Shown: positions 38,421 through 51,800 of the stretch, in pieces
Layout: the number at the start of each line of letters is the position of its first letter
How positions within the stretch are numbered: the first letter of the stretch is position 1
DNA from: Yuukianura sp. NJ FZ-2021
Lineage: Eukaryota
Direction of reading: 5' to 3'
Assembly: GCA_046563655.1 (NCBI GenBank)
Contig: JAJCTO010000010.1
Span: 124,001 to 188,000 of the forward strand
DNA length: 64,000 nucleotides
Position numbers and translations under genes: made by a program
The notes under the pieces: model-generated
Told to the model about the DNA's origin: nothing
Seen by the model: the letters and a program-made list of their open reading frames with translations, nothing else
Database searches by the model: none

Positions 38421-41400
38421 GTGAAATATGGCAAATTTCCAACACAAACTAGAACTCGTGTTTTTTTAATCGCAGTTGTGAACCCAAAAACTTATGTATC
38501 ATGGGGCTCTCGCCTGCCTGAATTGCGATATATTGTAAGTGCCACATTGCAGCATTCAAACGTTATCCCTGAAACCGTTTGGTGTTGTGTATTTGGCAGG
38601 TCTTTAACAACATTTGTGGTACTTCAAAGTGAATCAATGCGTCGATTTTCGTGCTGTTTCAGTCTTATGTCGGACGCAACGCCATGCTATGTAATCAGTG
38701 AAATATGGCAAATTTCCAACACAAACTAGAACTCGTGTTTTTTAGTCGCAGTTGTGAACCCAAAAACTTATGTATCATGGGGCTCTCGCCTGCCTGAATT
38801 GCGATATATTGTAAGTGCCACATTGCAGCATTCAAACGTTATCCCTGAAACCGTTTGGTGTTGTGTATTTGACAGGTCTTTAAAAACATTTGTGGTACTT
38901 CGAAGCGAATCAATGCGTCGATTTTCCGGCAGTTACAGTCTTATGTAAGAAGCAACGTCATGCTATGTAATCAGTGAAATATGGCAAATTTCCAACACAA
39001 ACTAGAACTCGTGTTTTTTAATCGCAGTTGTGAACCCAAAAACTTATGTATCATGGGGCTCTCGCCTGCCTGAATTGCGATATATTGTAAGTGCCACATT
39101 GCAGCATTCAAACGTTATCCCTGAAACCGTTTGGTGTTGTGTATTTGACAGGTCTTTAAAAACATTTGTGGTACTTCGAAGTGAATCAATGCGTCGATTT
39201 TCCGGCAGTTACAGTCTTTTGTAAGAAGCAACGTCATGCTATGTAATCAGTGAAATATGGCAAATTTCCAACACAAACTAGAACTCGTGTTTTTTAATCG
39301 CAGTTGTGAACCCAAAAACTTATGTATCATGGGGCTCTCGCCTGCCTGAATTGCGATATATTGTAAGTGCCACATTGCAGCATTCAAACGTTATCCCTGA
39401 AACCGTTTGGTGTTGTGTATTTGACAGGTCTTTAAAAACATTTGTGGTACTTCGAAAGTGAATCAATGCGTCGATTTTCCGGCAGTTACAGTCTTTTGTA
39501 AGAAGCAACGTCATGCTATGTAATCAGTGAAATATGGCAAATTTCCAACACAAACTAGAACTCGTGTTTTTTTAATCGCAGTTGTGAACCCAAAAACTTA
39601 TGTATCATGGGGCTCTCGCCTGCCTGAATTGCGATATATTGTAAGTGCCACATTGCAGCATTCAAACGTTATCCCTGAAACCGTTTGGTGTTGTGTATTT
39701 GACAGGTCTTTAAAAACATTTGTGGTACTTCGAATGCGAATCAATGCGTCGATTTTCCGGCAGTTACAGTCTTATTGTAAGAAGCAACGTCATGCTATGT
39801 AATCAGTGAAATATGGCAAATTTCCAACACAAACTAGAACTCGTGTTTTTTAATCGCAGTTGTGAACCCAAAAACTTATGTATCATGGGGCTCTCGCCTG
39901 CCTGAATTGCGATATATTGTAAGTGCCACATTGCAGCATTCAAACGTTATCCCTGAAACCGTTTGGTGTTGTGTATTTGGCAGGTCTTTAAAAACATTTG
40001 TGGTACTTCAAAGTGAATCAATGCGTCGATTTTCCCGCTGTTTCAGTCTTTTGTAAGAAGCAACGTCATGCTATGTAATCAGTGAAATATGGCAAATTTC
40101 CAACACAAACTAGAACTCGTGTTTTTTTAATCGCAGTTGTGAACCCAAAAACTTATGTATCATGGGGCTCTCGCCTGCCTGAATTGCGATATATTGTAAG
40201 TGCCACATTGCAGCATTCAAACGTTATCCCTGAAACCGTTTGGTGTTGTGTATTTGACAGGTCTTTAAAAACATTTGTGGTACTTCAAAGTGAATCAATG
40301 CGTCGATTTTCGTGCTGTTTCAGTCTTTTGTAAGAAGCAACGTCATGCTATGTAATCAGTGAAATATGGCAAATTTCCAACACAAACTAGAACTCGTGTT
40401 TTTTTAATCGCAGTTGTGAACCCAAAAACTTATGTATCATGGGGCTCTCGCCTGCCTGAATTGCGATATATTGTAAGTGCCACATTGCAGCATTCAAACG
40501 TTATCCCTGAAACCGTTTGGTGTTGTGTATTTGACAGGTCTTTAAAAACATTTGTGGTACTTCGAATGCAAATCAATGCGTCGATTTTCCGGCAGTTACA
40601 GTTTGTTGTAAGAAGCAACGTCATGCTATGTAATCAGTGAAATATGGCAAATTTCCAACACAAACTAGAACTCGTGTTTTTTAATCGCAGTTGTGAACCC
40701 AAAAACTTATGTATCATGGGGCTCTCGCCTGCCTGAATTGCGATATATTGTAAGTGCCACATTGCAGCATTCAAAACGTTATCCCTGAAACCGTTTGGTG
40801 TTGTGTATTTGACAGGTCTTTAAAAACATTTGTGGTACTTCGAATGCAAATCAATGCGTCGATTTTCCGGCAGTTACAGTTTGTTGTAAGAAGCAACGTC
40901 ATGCTATGTAATCAGTGAAATATGGCAAATTTCCAACACAAACTAGAACTCGTGTTTTTTTAATCGCAGTTGTGAACCCAAAAACTTATGTATCATGGGG
41001 CTCTCGCCTGCCTGAATTGCGATATATTGTAAGTGCCACATTGCAGCATTCAAACGTTATCCCTGAAACCGTTTGGTGTTGTGTATTTGACAGGTCTTTA
41101 AAAACATTTGTGGTACTTCGAAAGCGAATCAATGCGTCGATTTTCCGGCAGTTACAGTCTTATGTAAGAAGCAACGTCATGCTATGTAATCAGTGAAATA
41201 TGGCAAATTTCCAACACAAACTAGAACTCGTGGTTTTTTAATCGCAGTTGTGAACCCAAAAACTTATGTATCATGGGGCTCTCGCCTGCCTGAATTGCGA
41301 TATATTGTAAGTGCCACATTGCAGCATTCAAAACGTTATCCCTGAAACCGTTTGGTGTTGTGTATTTGACAGGTCTTTAAAAACATTTGTGGTACTTCGA

Positions 41401-44400
41401 ATGTGAATCAATGCGTCGATTTTCCGGCAGTTACAGTCTTATGTAAGAAGCAACGTCATGCTATGTAATCAGTGAAATATGGCAAATTTCCAACACAAAC
41501 TAGAACTCGTGTTTTTTTAATCGCAGTTGTGAACCCAAAAACTTATGTATCATGGGGCTCTCGCCTGCCTGAATTGCGATATATTGTAAGTGCCACATTG
41601 CAGCATTCAAACGTTATCCCTGAAACCGTTTGGTGTTGTGTATTTGACAGGTCTTTAAAAACATTTGTGGTACTTCGAAGTGAATCAATGCGTCGATTTT
41701 CCGGCAGTTACAGTCTTTTGTAAGAAGCAACGTCATGCTATGTAATCAGTGAAATATGGCAAATTTCCAACACAAACTAGAACTCGTGTTTTTTTAAGCG
41801 CAGTTGTGAACCCAAAAACTTATGTATCATGGGGCTCTCGCCTGCCTGAATTGCGATATATTGTAAGTGCCACATTGCAGCATTCAAACGTTATCCCTGA
41901 AACCGTTTGGTGTTGTGTATTTGACAGGTCTTTAAAAACATTTGTGGTACTTCGAAGTGAATCAATGCGTCGATTTTCCGGCAGTTTCAGTCTTTTGTAA
42001 GAAGCAACGTCATGCTATGTAATCAGTGAAATATGGCAAATTTCCAACACAAACTAGAACTCGTGTTTTTTAGTCGCAGTTGTGAACCCAAAAACTTATG
42101 TATCATGGGGCTCTCGCCTGCCTGAATTGCGATATATTGTAAGTGCCACATTGCAGCATTCAAACGTTATCCCTGAAACCGTTTGGTGTTGTGTATTTGA
42201 CAGGTCTTTAAAAACATTTGTGGTACTTCGAAAGCGAATCAATGCGTCGATTTTCCGGCAGTTACAGTCTTATGTAAGAAGCAACGTCATGCTATGTAAT
42301 CAGTGAAATATGGCAAATTTCCAACACAAACTAGAACTCGTGTTTTTTTAATCGCAGTTGTGAACCCAAAAACTTATGTATCATGGGGCTCTCGCCTGCC
42401 TGAATTGCGATATATTGTAAGTGCCACATTGCAGCATTCAAAACGTTATCCCTGAAACCGTTTGGTGTTGTGTATTTGGCAGGTCTTTAAAAACATTTGT
42501 GGTACTTCAAAGTGAATCAATGCGTCGATTTTCCGGCAGTTACAGTCTTATGTAAGAAGCAACGTCATGCTATGTAACCAGTGAAATATGGCAAATTTCC
42601 AACACAAACTAGAACTCGTGTTTTTTTAATCGCAGTTGTGAACCCAAAAACTTATGTATCATGGGGCTCTCGCCTGCCTGAATTGCGATATATTGTAAGT
42701 GCCACATTGCAGCATTCAAACGTTATCCCTGAAACCGTTTGGTGTTGTGTATTTGACAGGTCTTTAACAACATTTGTGGTACTTCAAAGTGAATCAATGC
42801 GTCGATTTTCCTGCAGCTACAGTCTTTTGTAAGAAGCAACGTCATGCTATGTAATCAGTGAAATATGGCAAATTTCCAACACAAACTAGAACTCGTGTTT
42901 TTTTTTAATCGCAGTTGTGAACCCAAAAACTCATGTATCATGGGGCTCTCGCCTGCCTGAATTGCAATATATTGTAAGTGCCACATTGCAGCATTCAAAC
43001 GTTATCCCTGAAACCGTTTGGTGTTGTGTATTTGACAGGACTTTAAAAACATTTGTGGTACTTCGAAAGCGAATCAATACGTCGATTTTCCGGCAGTTAC
43101 AGTCTTATGAAAGAAGCAACGTCATGCTATGTAATCAGTGAAATATGGCAAATTTCCAACACAAACTAGAACTCGTGTTTTTTATATCGTAGTTGTGAAC
43201 AAAAAAACTTATGAATCGTGGGGCTCTCGCCTGCCTGAATTGCGATATATTGTAAGTGCCACATTGCAGCATTCAAAACGTTATCCCTGAAACCGTTTGG
43301 TGTTGTGTATTTGACAGGACTTTAAAAACATTTGTGGTACTTCGAAAGCGAATCAATGCGTCGATTTTCCGGCAGTTACAGTCTTATGTAAGAAGCAACG
43401 TCATGCTATGTAATCAGTGAAATATGGCAAATTTCCAACACAAACTAGAACTCGTGTTTTTTTAATCGCAGTTGTGAACCCAAAAACTTATGTATCATGG
43501 GGCTCTCGCCTGCCTGAATTGCGATATATTGTAAGTGCCACATTGCAGCATTCAAACGTTATCCCTGAAACCGTTTGGTGTTGTGTATTTGGCAGGTCTT
43601 TAAAAACATTTGTGGTACTTCAAAGTGAATCAATGCGTCGATTTTCCGGCAGTTACAGTCTTTTGTAAGAAGCAACGTCATGCTATGTAATCAGTGAAAT
43701 ATGGCAAATTTCCAACACAAACTAGAACTCGTGTTTTTTAATCGCAGTTGTGAACCCAAAAACTTATGTATCATGGGGCTCTCGCCTGCCTGAATTGCGA
43801 TATATTGTAAGTGCCACATTGCAGCATTCAAACGTTATCCCTGAAACCGTTTGGTGTTGTGTATTTGACAGGTCTTTAAAAACATTTGTGGTACTTCAAA
43901 GTGAATCAATGCGTCGATTTTCGTGCTGTTTCAGTCTTTTGTAAGAAGCAACGTCATGCTATGTAATCAGTGAAATATGGCAAATTTCCAACACAAACTA
44001 GAACTCGTGTTTTTTTAATCGCAGTTGTGAACCCAAAAACTTATGTATCATGGGGCTCTCGCCTGCCTGAATTGCGATATATTGTAAGTGCCACATTGCA
44101 GCATTCAAACGTTATCCCTGAAACCGTTTGGTGTTGTGTATTTGGCAGGTCTTTAAAAACATTTGTGGTACTTCGAAAGCGAATCAATGCGTCGATTTTC
44201 CGGCAGTTACAGTCTTATGTAAGAAGCAACGTCATGCTATGTAATCAGTGAAATATGGCAAATTTCCAACACAAACTAGAACTCGTGTTTTTTTAATCGC
44301 AGTTGTGAACCCAAAAACTTATGTATCATGGGGCTCTCGCCTGCCTGAATTGCGATATATTGTAAGTGCCACATTGCAGCATTCAAACGTTATCCCTGAA

Positions 44401-45646
44401 ACCGTTTGGTGTTGTGTATTTGGCAGGTCTTTAAAAACATTTGTGGTACTTCGAAAGTGACTCAATGCGTCGATTTTCCGTGCAGTTACAGTCTTATGTA
44501 AGAAGCAACGTCATGCTATGTAATCAGTGAAATATGGCAAATTTCCAACACAAACTAGAACTCGTGGTTTTTAATCGCAGTTGTGAACCCAAAAACTTAT
44601 GTATCATGGGGCTCTCGCCTGCCTGAATTGCGATATATTGTAAGTGCCACATTGCAGCATTCAAACGTTATCCCTGAAACCGTTTGGTGTTGTGTATTTG
44701 GCAGGTCTTTAAAAACATTTGTGGTACTTCAAAGTGAATCAATGCGTCGATTTTCCGGCAGTTACAGTCTTTTGTAAGAAGCAACGTCATGCTATGTAAT
44801 CAGTGAAATATGGCAAATTTCCAACACAAACTAGAACTCGTGTTTTTTTAATCGCAGTTGTGAACCCAAAAACTTATGTATCATGGGGCTCTCGCCTGCC
44901 TGAATTGCGATATATTGTAAGTGCCACATTGCAGCATTCAAACGTTATCCCTGAAACCGTTTGGTGTTGTGTATTTGGCAGGTCTTTAAAAACATTTGTG
45001 GTACTTCGAAAGTGACTCAATGCGTCGATTTTCCGGCAGCTACAGTCTTTTGTAAGAAGCAACGTCATGCTATGTAATCAGTGAAATATGGCAAATTTCC
45101 AACACAAACTAGAACTCGTGTTTTTTTAATCGCAGTTGTGAACCCAAAAACTTATGTATCATGGGGCTCTCGCCTGCCTGAATTGCGATATATTGTAAGT
45201 GCCCTATTGCAGCATTCAAAACGTTATCCGTGAAACCGTTTGGTGTTGTGTATTTTGCAGGTCTTTAAAAGCATTTGTGGTACTTCGAAAGCGAATCAAT
45301 GCGTCGATTTTCCGGCAGTTACAGTCTTATGTAAGAAGCAACGTCATGCTATGTAATCAGTGAAATATGGCAAATTTCCAACACAAACTAGAACTCGTGT
45401 TTTTTTAATCGCAGTTGTGAACCCAAAAACTTATGTATCATGGGGCTCTCGCCTGCCTGAATTGCGATATATTGTAAGTGCCACATTGCAGCATTCAAAA
45501 CGTTATCCCTGACACCGTTTGGTGTTGTGTATTTGACAGGTCTTTAAAAACATTTGTGGTACTTCGAATGCGAATCAATGCGTCGATTTTCCGGCAGTTA
45601 CAGTCTTTTGTAAGAAGCAACGTCATGCTATGTAATCAGTGAAATA

Positions 45647-45816
45647 TGGCAAATTTCCAACACAAACTAGAACTCGTGTTTTTTTAATCGCAGTTGTGAA
45701 CCCAAAAACTTATGTATCATGGGGCTCTCGCCTGCCTGAATTGCGATATATTGTAAGTGCCACATTGCAGCATTCAAACGTTATCCCTGAAACCGTTTGG
45801 TGTTGTGTATTTGACA
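45647..45816. repeat. Imperfect ~21-bp inverted repeat within each 278-bp monomer (representative copy shown)
   Basis: The reverse complement of tggcaaatttccaacacaaac (45647-45667) is gtttgtgttggaaatttgcca. It aligns to gtttggtgttgtgtatttgaca (45795-45816) at 17 of 22 columns with one gap. Confidence 0.75.
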
Positions 45817-48800
45817 GGTCTTTAAAAACATTTGTGGTACTTCGAATGCGAATCAATGCGTCGATTTTCCGGCAGTTACAGTCTTTTGTAAGAAGCAACG
45901 TCATGCTATGTAATCAGTGAAATATGGCAAATTTCCAACACAAACTAGAACTCGTGTTTTTTAAATCGCAGTTGTGAACCCAAAAACTTATGTATCATGG
46001 GGCTCTCGCCTGCCTGAATTGCGATATATTGTAAGTGCCACATTGCAGCATTCAAACGTTATCCCTGAAACCGTTTGGTGTTGTGTATTTGGCAGGTCTT
46101 TAAAAGCATTTGTGGTACTTCGAAAGCGAATCAATGCGTCGATTTTCCGGCAGTTACAGTCTTATGTAAGAAGCAGCATCATGCTATGTAATCAGTGAAA
46201 TATTGCAAATTTCCAACACAAGCTGGAACTCGTGTTTTTTAAGCGCAGTTGTGAACCCAAAAACTCATGTATCATGGGGCTCTCGCCTGCCTGAATTGCA
46301 ATATATTGTAAGTGCCACATTGCAGCATTCAAACGTTATCCCTGAAACCGTTTGGTGTTGTGTATTTGGCAGGTCTTTAAAAGCATTTGTGGTACTTCGA
46401 AAGCGAATCAATGCGTCGATTTTCCGGCAGTTACAGTCTTATGTAAGAAGCAACGTCATGCTATGTAATCAGTGAAATATGGCAAATTTCCAACACAAAC
46501 TAGAACTCGTGTTTTTTCTATCGTAGTTGTGAACAAAAAAACTTATGAATCGTGGGGCTCTCGCCTGCCTGAATTGCGATATATTGTAAGTGCCACATTG
46601 CAGCATTCAAACGTTATCCCTGAAACCGTTTGGTGTTGTGTATTTGGCAGGTCTTTAACAACATTTGTGGTACTTCAAAGTGAATCAATGCGTCGATTTT
46701 CGTGCTGTTTCAGTCTTTTGTAAGAAGCAACGTCATGTCATGTAATCAGTGAAATATTGCAAATTTCCAACACAAGCTGGAACTCGTGTTTTTTAAGCGC
46801 AGTTGTGAACCCAAAAACTCATGTATCATGGGGCTCTCGCCTGCCTGAATTGCGATATATTGTAAGTGCCACATTGCAGCATTCAAACGTTATCCCTGAA
46901 ACCGTTTGGTGTTGTGTATTTGGCAGGTCTTTAAAAGCATTTGTGGTACTTCGAAAGCGAATCAATGCGTCGATTTTCCGGCAGTTACAGTCTTATGTAA
47001 GAAGCAACGTCATGCTATGTAATCAGTGAAATATGGCAAATTTCCAACACAAACTAGAACTCGTGTTTTTTCTATCGCAGTTGTGAACAAAAAAACTTAT
47101 GAATCGTGGGGCTCTCGCCTGCCTGAATTGCGATATATTGTAAGTGCCACATTGCAGCATTCAAACGTTATCCCTGAAACCGTTTGGTGTTGTGTATTTG
47201 GCAGGTCTTTAAAAGCATTTGTGGTACTTCGAAAGCGAATCAATGCGTCGATTTTCCGGCAGTTACAGTCTTATGTAAGAAGCAACGTCATGCTATGTAA
47301 TCAGTGAAATATGGCAAATTTCCAACACAAACTAGAACTCGTGTTTTTTTAATCGCAGTTGTGAACCCAAAAACTTATGTACCATGGGGCTTTCGCCTGC
47401 CTGAATTGCGATATATTGTAAGTGCCACATTGCAGCATTCAAAACGTTATCCCTGACACCGTTTTGTGTTATGTATTTGACAGGTCTTTAAAAACATTTG
47501 TGGTACTTCGAATGCGAATCAATGCGTCGATTTTCCGGCAGTTACAGTCTTTTGTAAGAAGCAACGTCATGCTATGTAATCAGTGAAATATGGCAAATTT
47601 CCAACACAAACTAGAACTCGTGTTTTTTTAATCGCAGTTGTGAACCCAAAAACTTATGTATCATGGGGCTCTCGCCTGCCTGAATTGCGATATATTGTAA
47701 GTGCCACATTGCAGCATTCAAACGTTATCCCTGAAACCGTTTGGTGTTGTGTATTTGACAGGTCTTTAAAAACATTTGTGGTACTTCGAATGCGAATCAA
47801 TGCGTCGATTTTCCGGCAGTTACAGTCTTTTGTAAGAAGCAACGTCATGCTATGTAATCAGTGAAATATGGCAAATTTCCAACACAAACTAGAACTCGTG
47901 TTTTTTAATCGCAGTTGTGAACCCAAAAACTTATGTATCATGGGGCTCTCGCCTGCCTGAATTGCGATATATTGTAAGTGCCACATTGCAGCATTCAAAC
48001 GTTATCCCTGAAACCGTTTGGTGTTGTGTATTTGGCAGGTCTTTAAAAGCATTTGTGGTACTTCGAAAGCGAATCAATGCGTCGATTTTCCGGCAGTTAC
48101 AGTCTTATGTAAGAAGCAGCATCATGCTATGTAATCAGTGAAATATGGCAAATTGCCAACACAAACTAGAACTCGTGTTTTTTTAATCGCAGTTGTGAAC
48201 CCAAAAACTTATGTATCATGGGGCTCTCGCCTGCCTGAATTGCGATATATTGTAAGTGCCACATTGCAGCATTCAAACGTTATCCCTGAAACCGTTTGGT
48301 GTTGTGTATTTGGCAGGTCTTTAAAAGCATTTGTGGTACTTCGAAAGCGAATCAATGCGTCGATTTTCCGGCAGTTACAGTCTTATGTAAGAAGCAGCGT
48401 CATGCTATGTAATCAGTGAAATATGGCAAATTTCCAACACAAACTAGAACTCGTGTTTTTTCTATCGTAGTTGTGAACAAAAAACTTATGAATCGTGGGG
48501 CTCTCGCCTGCCTGAATTGCGATATATTGTAAGTGCCACATTGCAGCATTCAAACGTTATCCCTGAAACCGTTTGGTGTTGTGTATTTGGCAGGTCTTTA
48601 ACAACATTTGTGGTACTTCAAAGTGAATCAATGCGTCGATTTTCGTGCTGTTTCAGTCTTTTGTAAGAAGCAACGTCATGTCATGTAATCAGTGAAATAT
48701 TGCAAATTTCCAACACAAGCTGGAACTCGTGTTTTTTAATCGCAGTTGTGAACAAAAAAACTTATGAATCGTGGGGCTCTCGCCTGCCTGAATTGCGATA

Positions 48801-51800
48801 TATTGTAAGTGCCACATTGCAGCATTCAAACGTTATCCCTGAAACCGTTTGGTGTTGTGTATTTGGCAGGTCTTTAAAAGCATTTGTGGTACTTCGAAAG
48901 CGAATCAATGCGTCGATTTTCCGGCAGTTACAGTCTTATGTAAGAAGCAGCGTCATGCTATGTAATCAGTGAAATATGGCAAATTTCCAACACAAACTAG
49001 AACTCGTGTTTTTTCTATCGTAGTTGTGAACAAAAAAACTTATGAATCGTGGGGCTCTCGCCTGCCTGAATTGCGATATATTGTAAGTGCCACATTGCAG
49101 CATTCAAACGTTATCCCTGAAACCGTTTGGTGTTGTGTATTTGGCAGGTCTTTAAAAGCATTTGTGGTACTTCGAAAGCGAATCAATGCGTCGATTTTCC
49201 GGCAGTTACAGTCTTATGTAAGAAGCAACGTCATGCTATGTAATCAGTGAAATATGGCAAATTTCCAACACAAACTAGAACTCGTGTTTTTTAATCGCAG
49301 TTGTGAACCCAAAAACTTATGTATCATGGGGCTCTCGCCTGCCTGAATTGCGATATATTGTAAGTGCCACATTGCAGCATTCAAACGTTATCCCTGAAAC
49401 CGTTTGGTGTTGTGTATTTGGCAGGTCTTTAAAAGCATTTGTGGTACTTCGAAAGCGAATCAATGCGTCGATTTTCCGGCAGTTACAGTCTTATGTAAGA
49501 AGCAACGTCATGCTATGTAATCAGTGAAATATGGCAAATTTCCAACACAAACTAGAACTCGTGTTTTTTTAATCGCAGTTGTGAACCCAAAAACTTATGT
49601 ATCATGGGGCTTTCGCCTGCCTGAATTGCGATATATTGTAAGTGCCACATTGCAGCATTCAAAACGTTATCCCTGACACCGTTTTGGTGTTGTGTATTTG
49701 ACAGGTCTTTAAAAACATTTGTGGTACTTCGAATGCGAATCAATGCGTCGATTTTCCGGCAGTTACAGTCTTTTGTAAGAAGCAACGTCATGCTATGTAA
49801 TCAGTGAAATATGGCAAATTTCCAACACAAACTAGAACTCGTGTTTTTTTAATCGCAGTTGTGAACCCAAAAACTTATGTATCATGGGGCTCTCGCCTGC
49901 CTGAATTGCGATATATTGTAAGTGCCACATTGCAGCATTCAAACGTTATCCCTGAAACCGTTTGGTGTTGTGTATTTGGCAGGTCTTTAAAAGCATTTGT
50001 GGTACTTCGAAAGCGAATCAATGCGTCGATTTTCCGGCAGTTACAGTCTTATGTAAGAAGCAACGTCATGCTATGTAATCAGTGAAATATGGCAAATTTC
50101 CAACACAAACTAGAACTCGTGTTTTTTTAATCGCAGTTGTGAACCCAAAAACTTATGTATCATGGGGCTCTCGCCTGCCTGAATTGCGATATATTGTAAG
50201 TGCCACATTGCAGCATTCAAACGTTATCCCTGAAACCGTTTGGTGTTGTGTATTTGGCAGGTCTTTAAAAGCATTTGTGGTACTTCGAAAGCGAATCAAT
50301 GCGTCGATTTTCCGGCAGTTACAGTCTTATGTAAGAAGCAACGTCATGCTATGTAATCAGTGAAATATGGCAAATTTCCAACACAAACTAGAACTCGTGT
50401 TTTTTTAATCGCAGTTGTGAACCCAAAAACTTATGTATCATGGGGCTCTCGCCTGCCTGAATTGCGATATATTGTAAGTGCCACATTGCAGCATTCAAAC
50501 GTTATCCCTGAAACCGTTTGGTGTTGTGTATTTGGCAGGTCTTTAACAACATTTGTGGTACTTCAAAGTGAATCAATGCGTCGATTTTCGTGCTGTTTCA
50601 GTCTTTTGTAAGAAGCAACGTCATGCTATGTAATCAGTGAAATATGGCGAATTTCCAACACAAACTAGAACTCGTGTTTTTTAATCGCAGTTGTGAACCC
50701 AAAAACTTATGTATCATGGGGCTCTCGCCTGCCTGAATTGCGATATATTGTAAGTGCCACATTGCAGCATTCAAACGTTATCCCTGAAACCGTTTGGTGT
50801 TGTGTATTTGGCAGGTCTTTAAAAGCATTTGTGGTACTTCGAAAGCGAATCAATGCGTCGATTTTCCGGCAGCTACAGTCTGTTGTAAGAAGCAACGCCA
50901 GGCTATGTAATCAGTGAAATATGGCAAATTTCCAACACAAGCTGGAACTCGTGTTTTTTTAATCGCAGTTGTGAACCCAAAAACTTATGTATCATGGGGC
51001 TCTCGCCTGCCTGAATTGCGATATATTGTAAGTGCCACATTGCAGCATTCAAACGTTATCCCTGAAACCGTTTGGTGTTGTGTATTTGGCAGGTCTTTAA
51101 AAGCATTTGTGGTACTTCGAAAGCGAATCAATGCGTCGATTTTCCGGCAGTTACAGTCTTATGTAAGAAGCAACGTCATGCTGTGTAATCAGTGAAATAT
51201 GGCAAATTTCCAACACAAACTAGAACTCGTGTTTTTTAATCGCAGTTGTGAACCCAAAGACTTATGTATCATGGGGCTTTCGCCTGCCTGAATTGCGATA
51301 TATTGTAAGTGCCACATTGCAGCATTCAAAACGTTATCCCTGACACCGTTTTGTGTTGTGTATTTGACAGGTCTTTAAAAACATTTGTGGTACTTCGAAT
51401 GCGAATCAATGCGTCGATTTTCCGGCAGTTACAGTCTTTTGTAAGAAGCAACGTCATGCTATGTAATCAGTGAAATATGGCAAATTTCCAACACAAACTA
51501 GAACTCGTGTTTTTTTAATCGCAGTTGTGAACCCAAAAACTTATGTATCATGGGGCTCTCGCCTGCCTGAATTGCGATATATTGTAAGTGCCACATTGCA
51601 GCATTCAAACGTTATCCCTGAAACCGTTTGGTGTTGTGTATTTGGCAGGTCTTTAAAAACATTTGTGGTACTTCGAAAGCGAATCAATGCGTCGATTTTC
51701 CGGCAGTTACAGTCTTATGTAAGAAGCAACGTCATGCTATGTAATCAGTGAAATATGGCAAATTTCCAACACAAACTAGAACTCGTGTTTTTTTAATCGC

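Noticed and set aside
45753..45817. Intron-like 65-nt segment (gtaagt...tttgacag) leaving a 213-nt (71-codon) repeated exon
   Set aside because: All three frames of the would-be exon contain stop codons (taa, taa, tga), so it cannot encode a repetitive protein. The motifs are probably chance.
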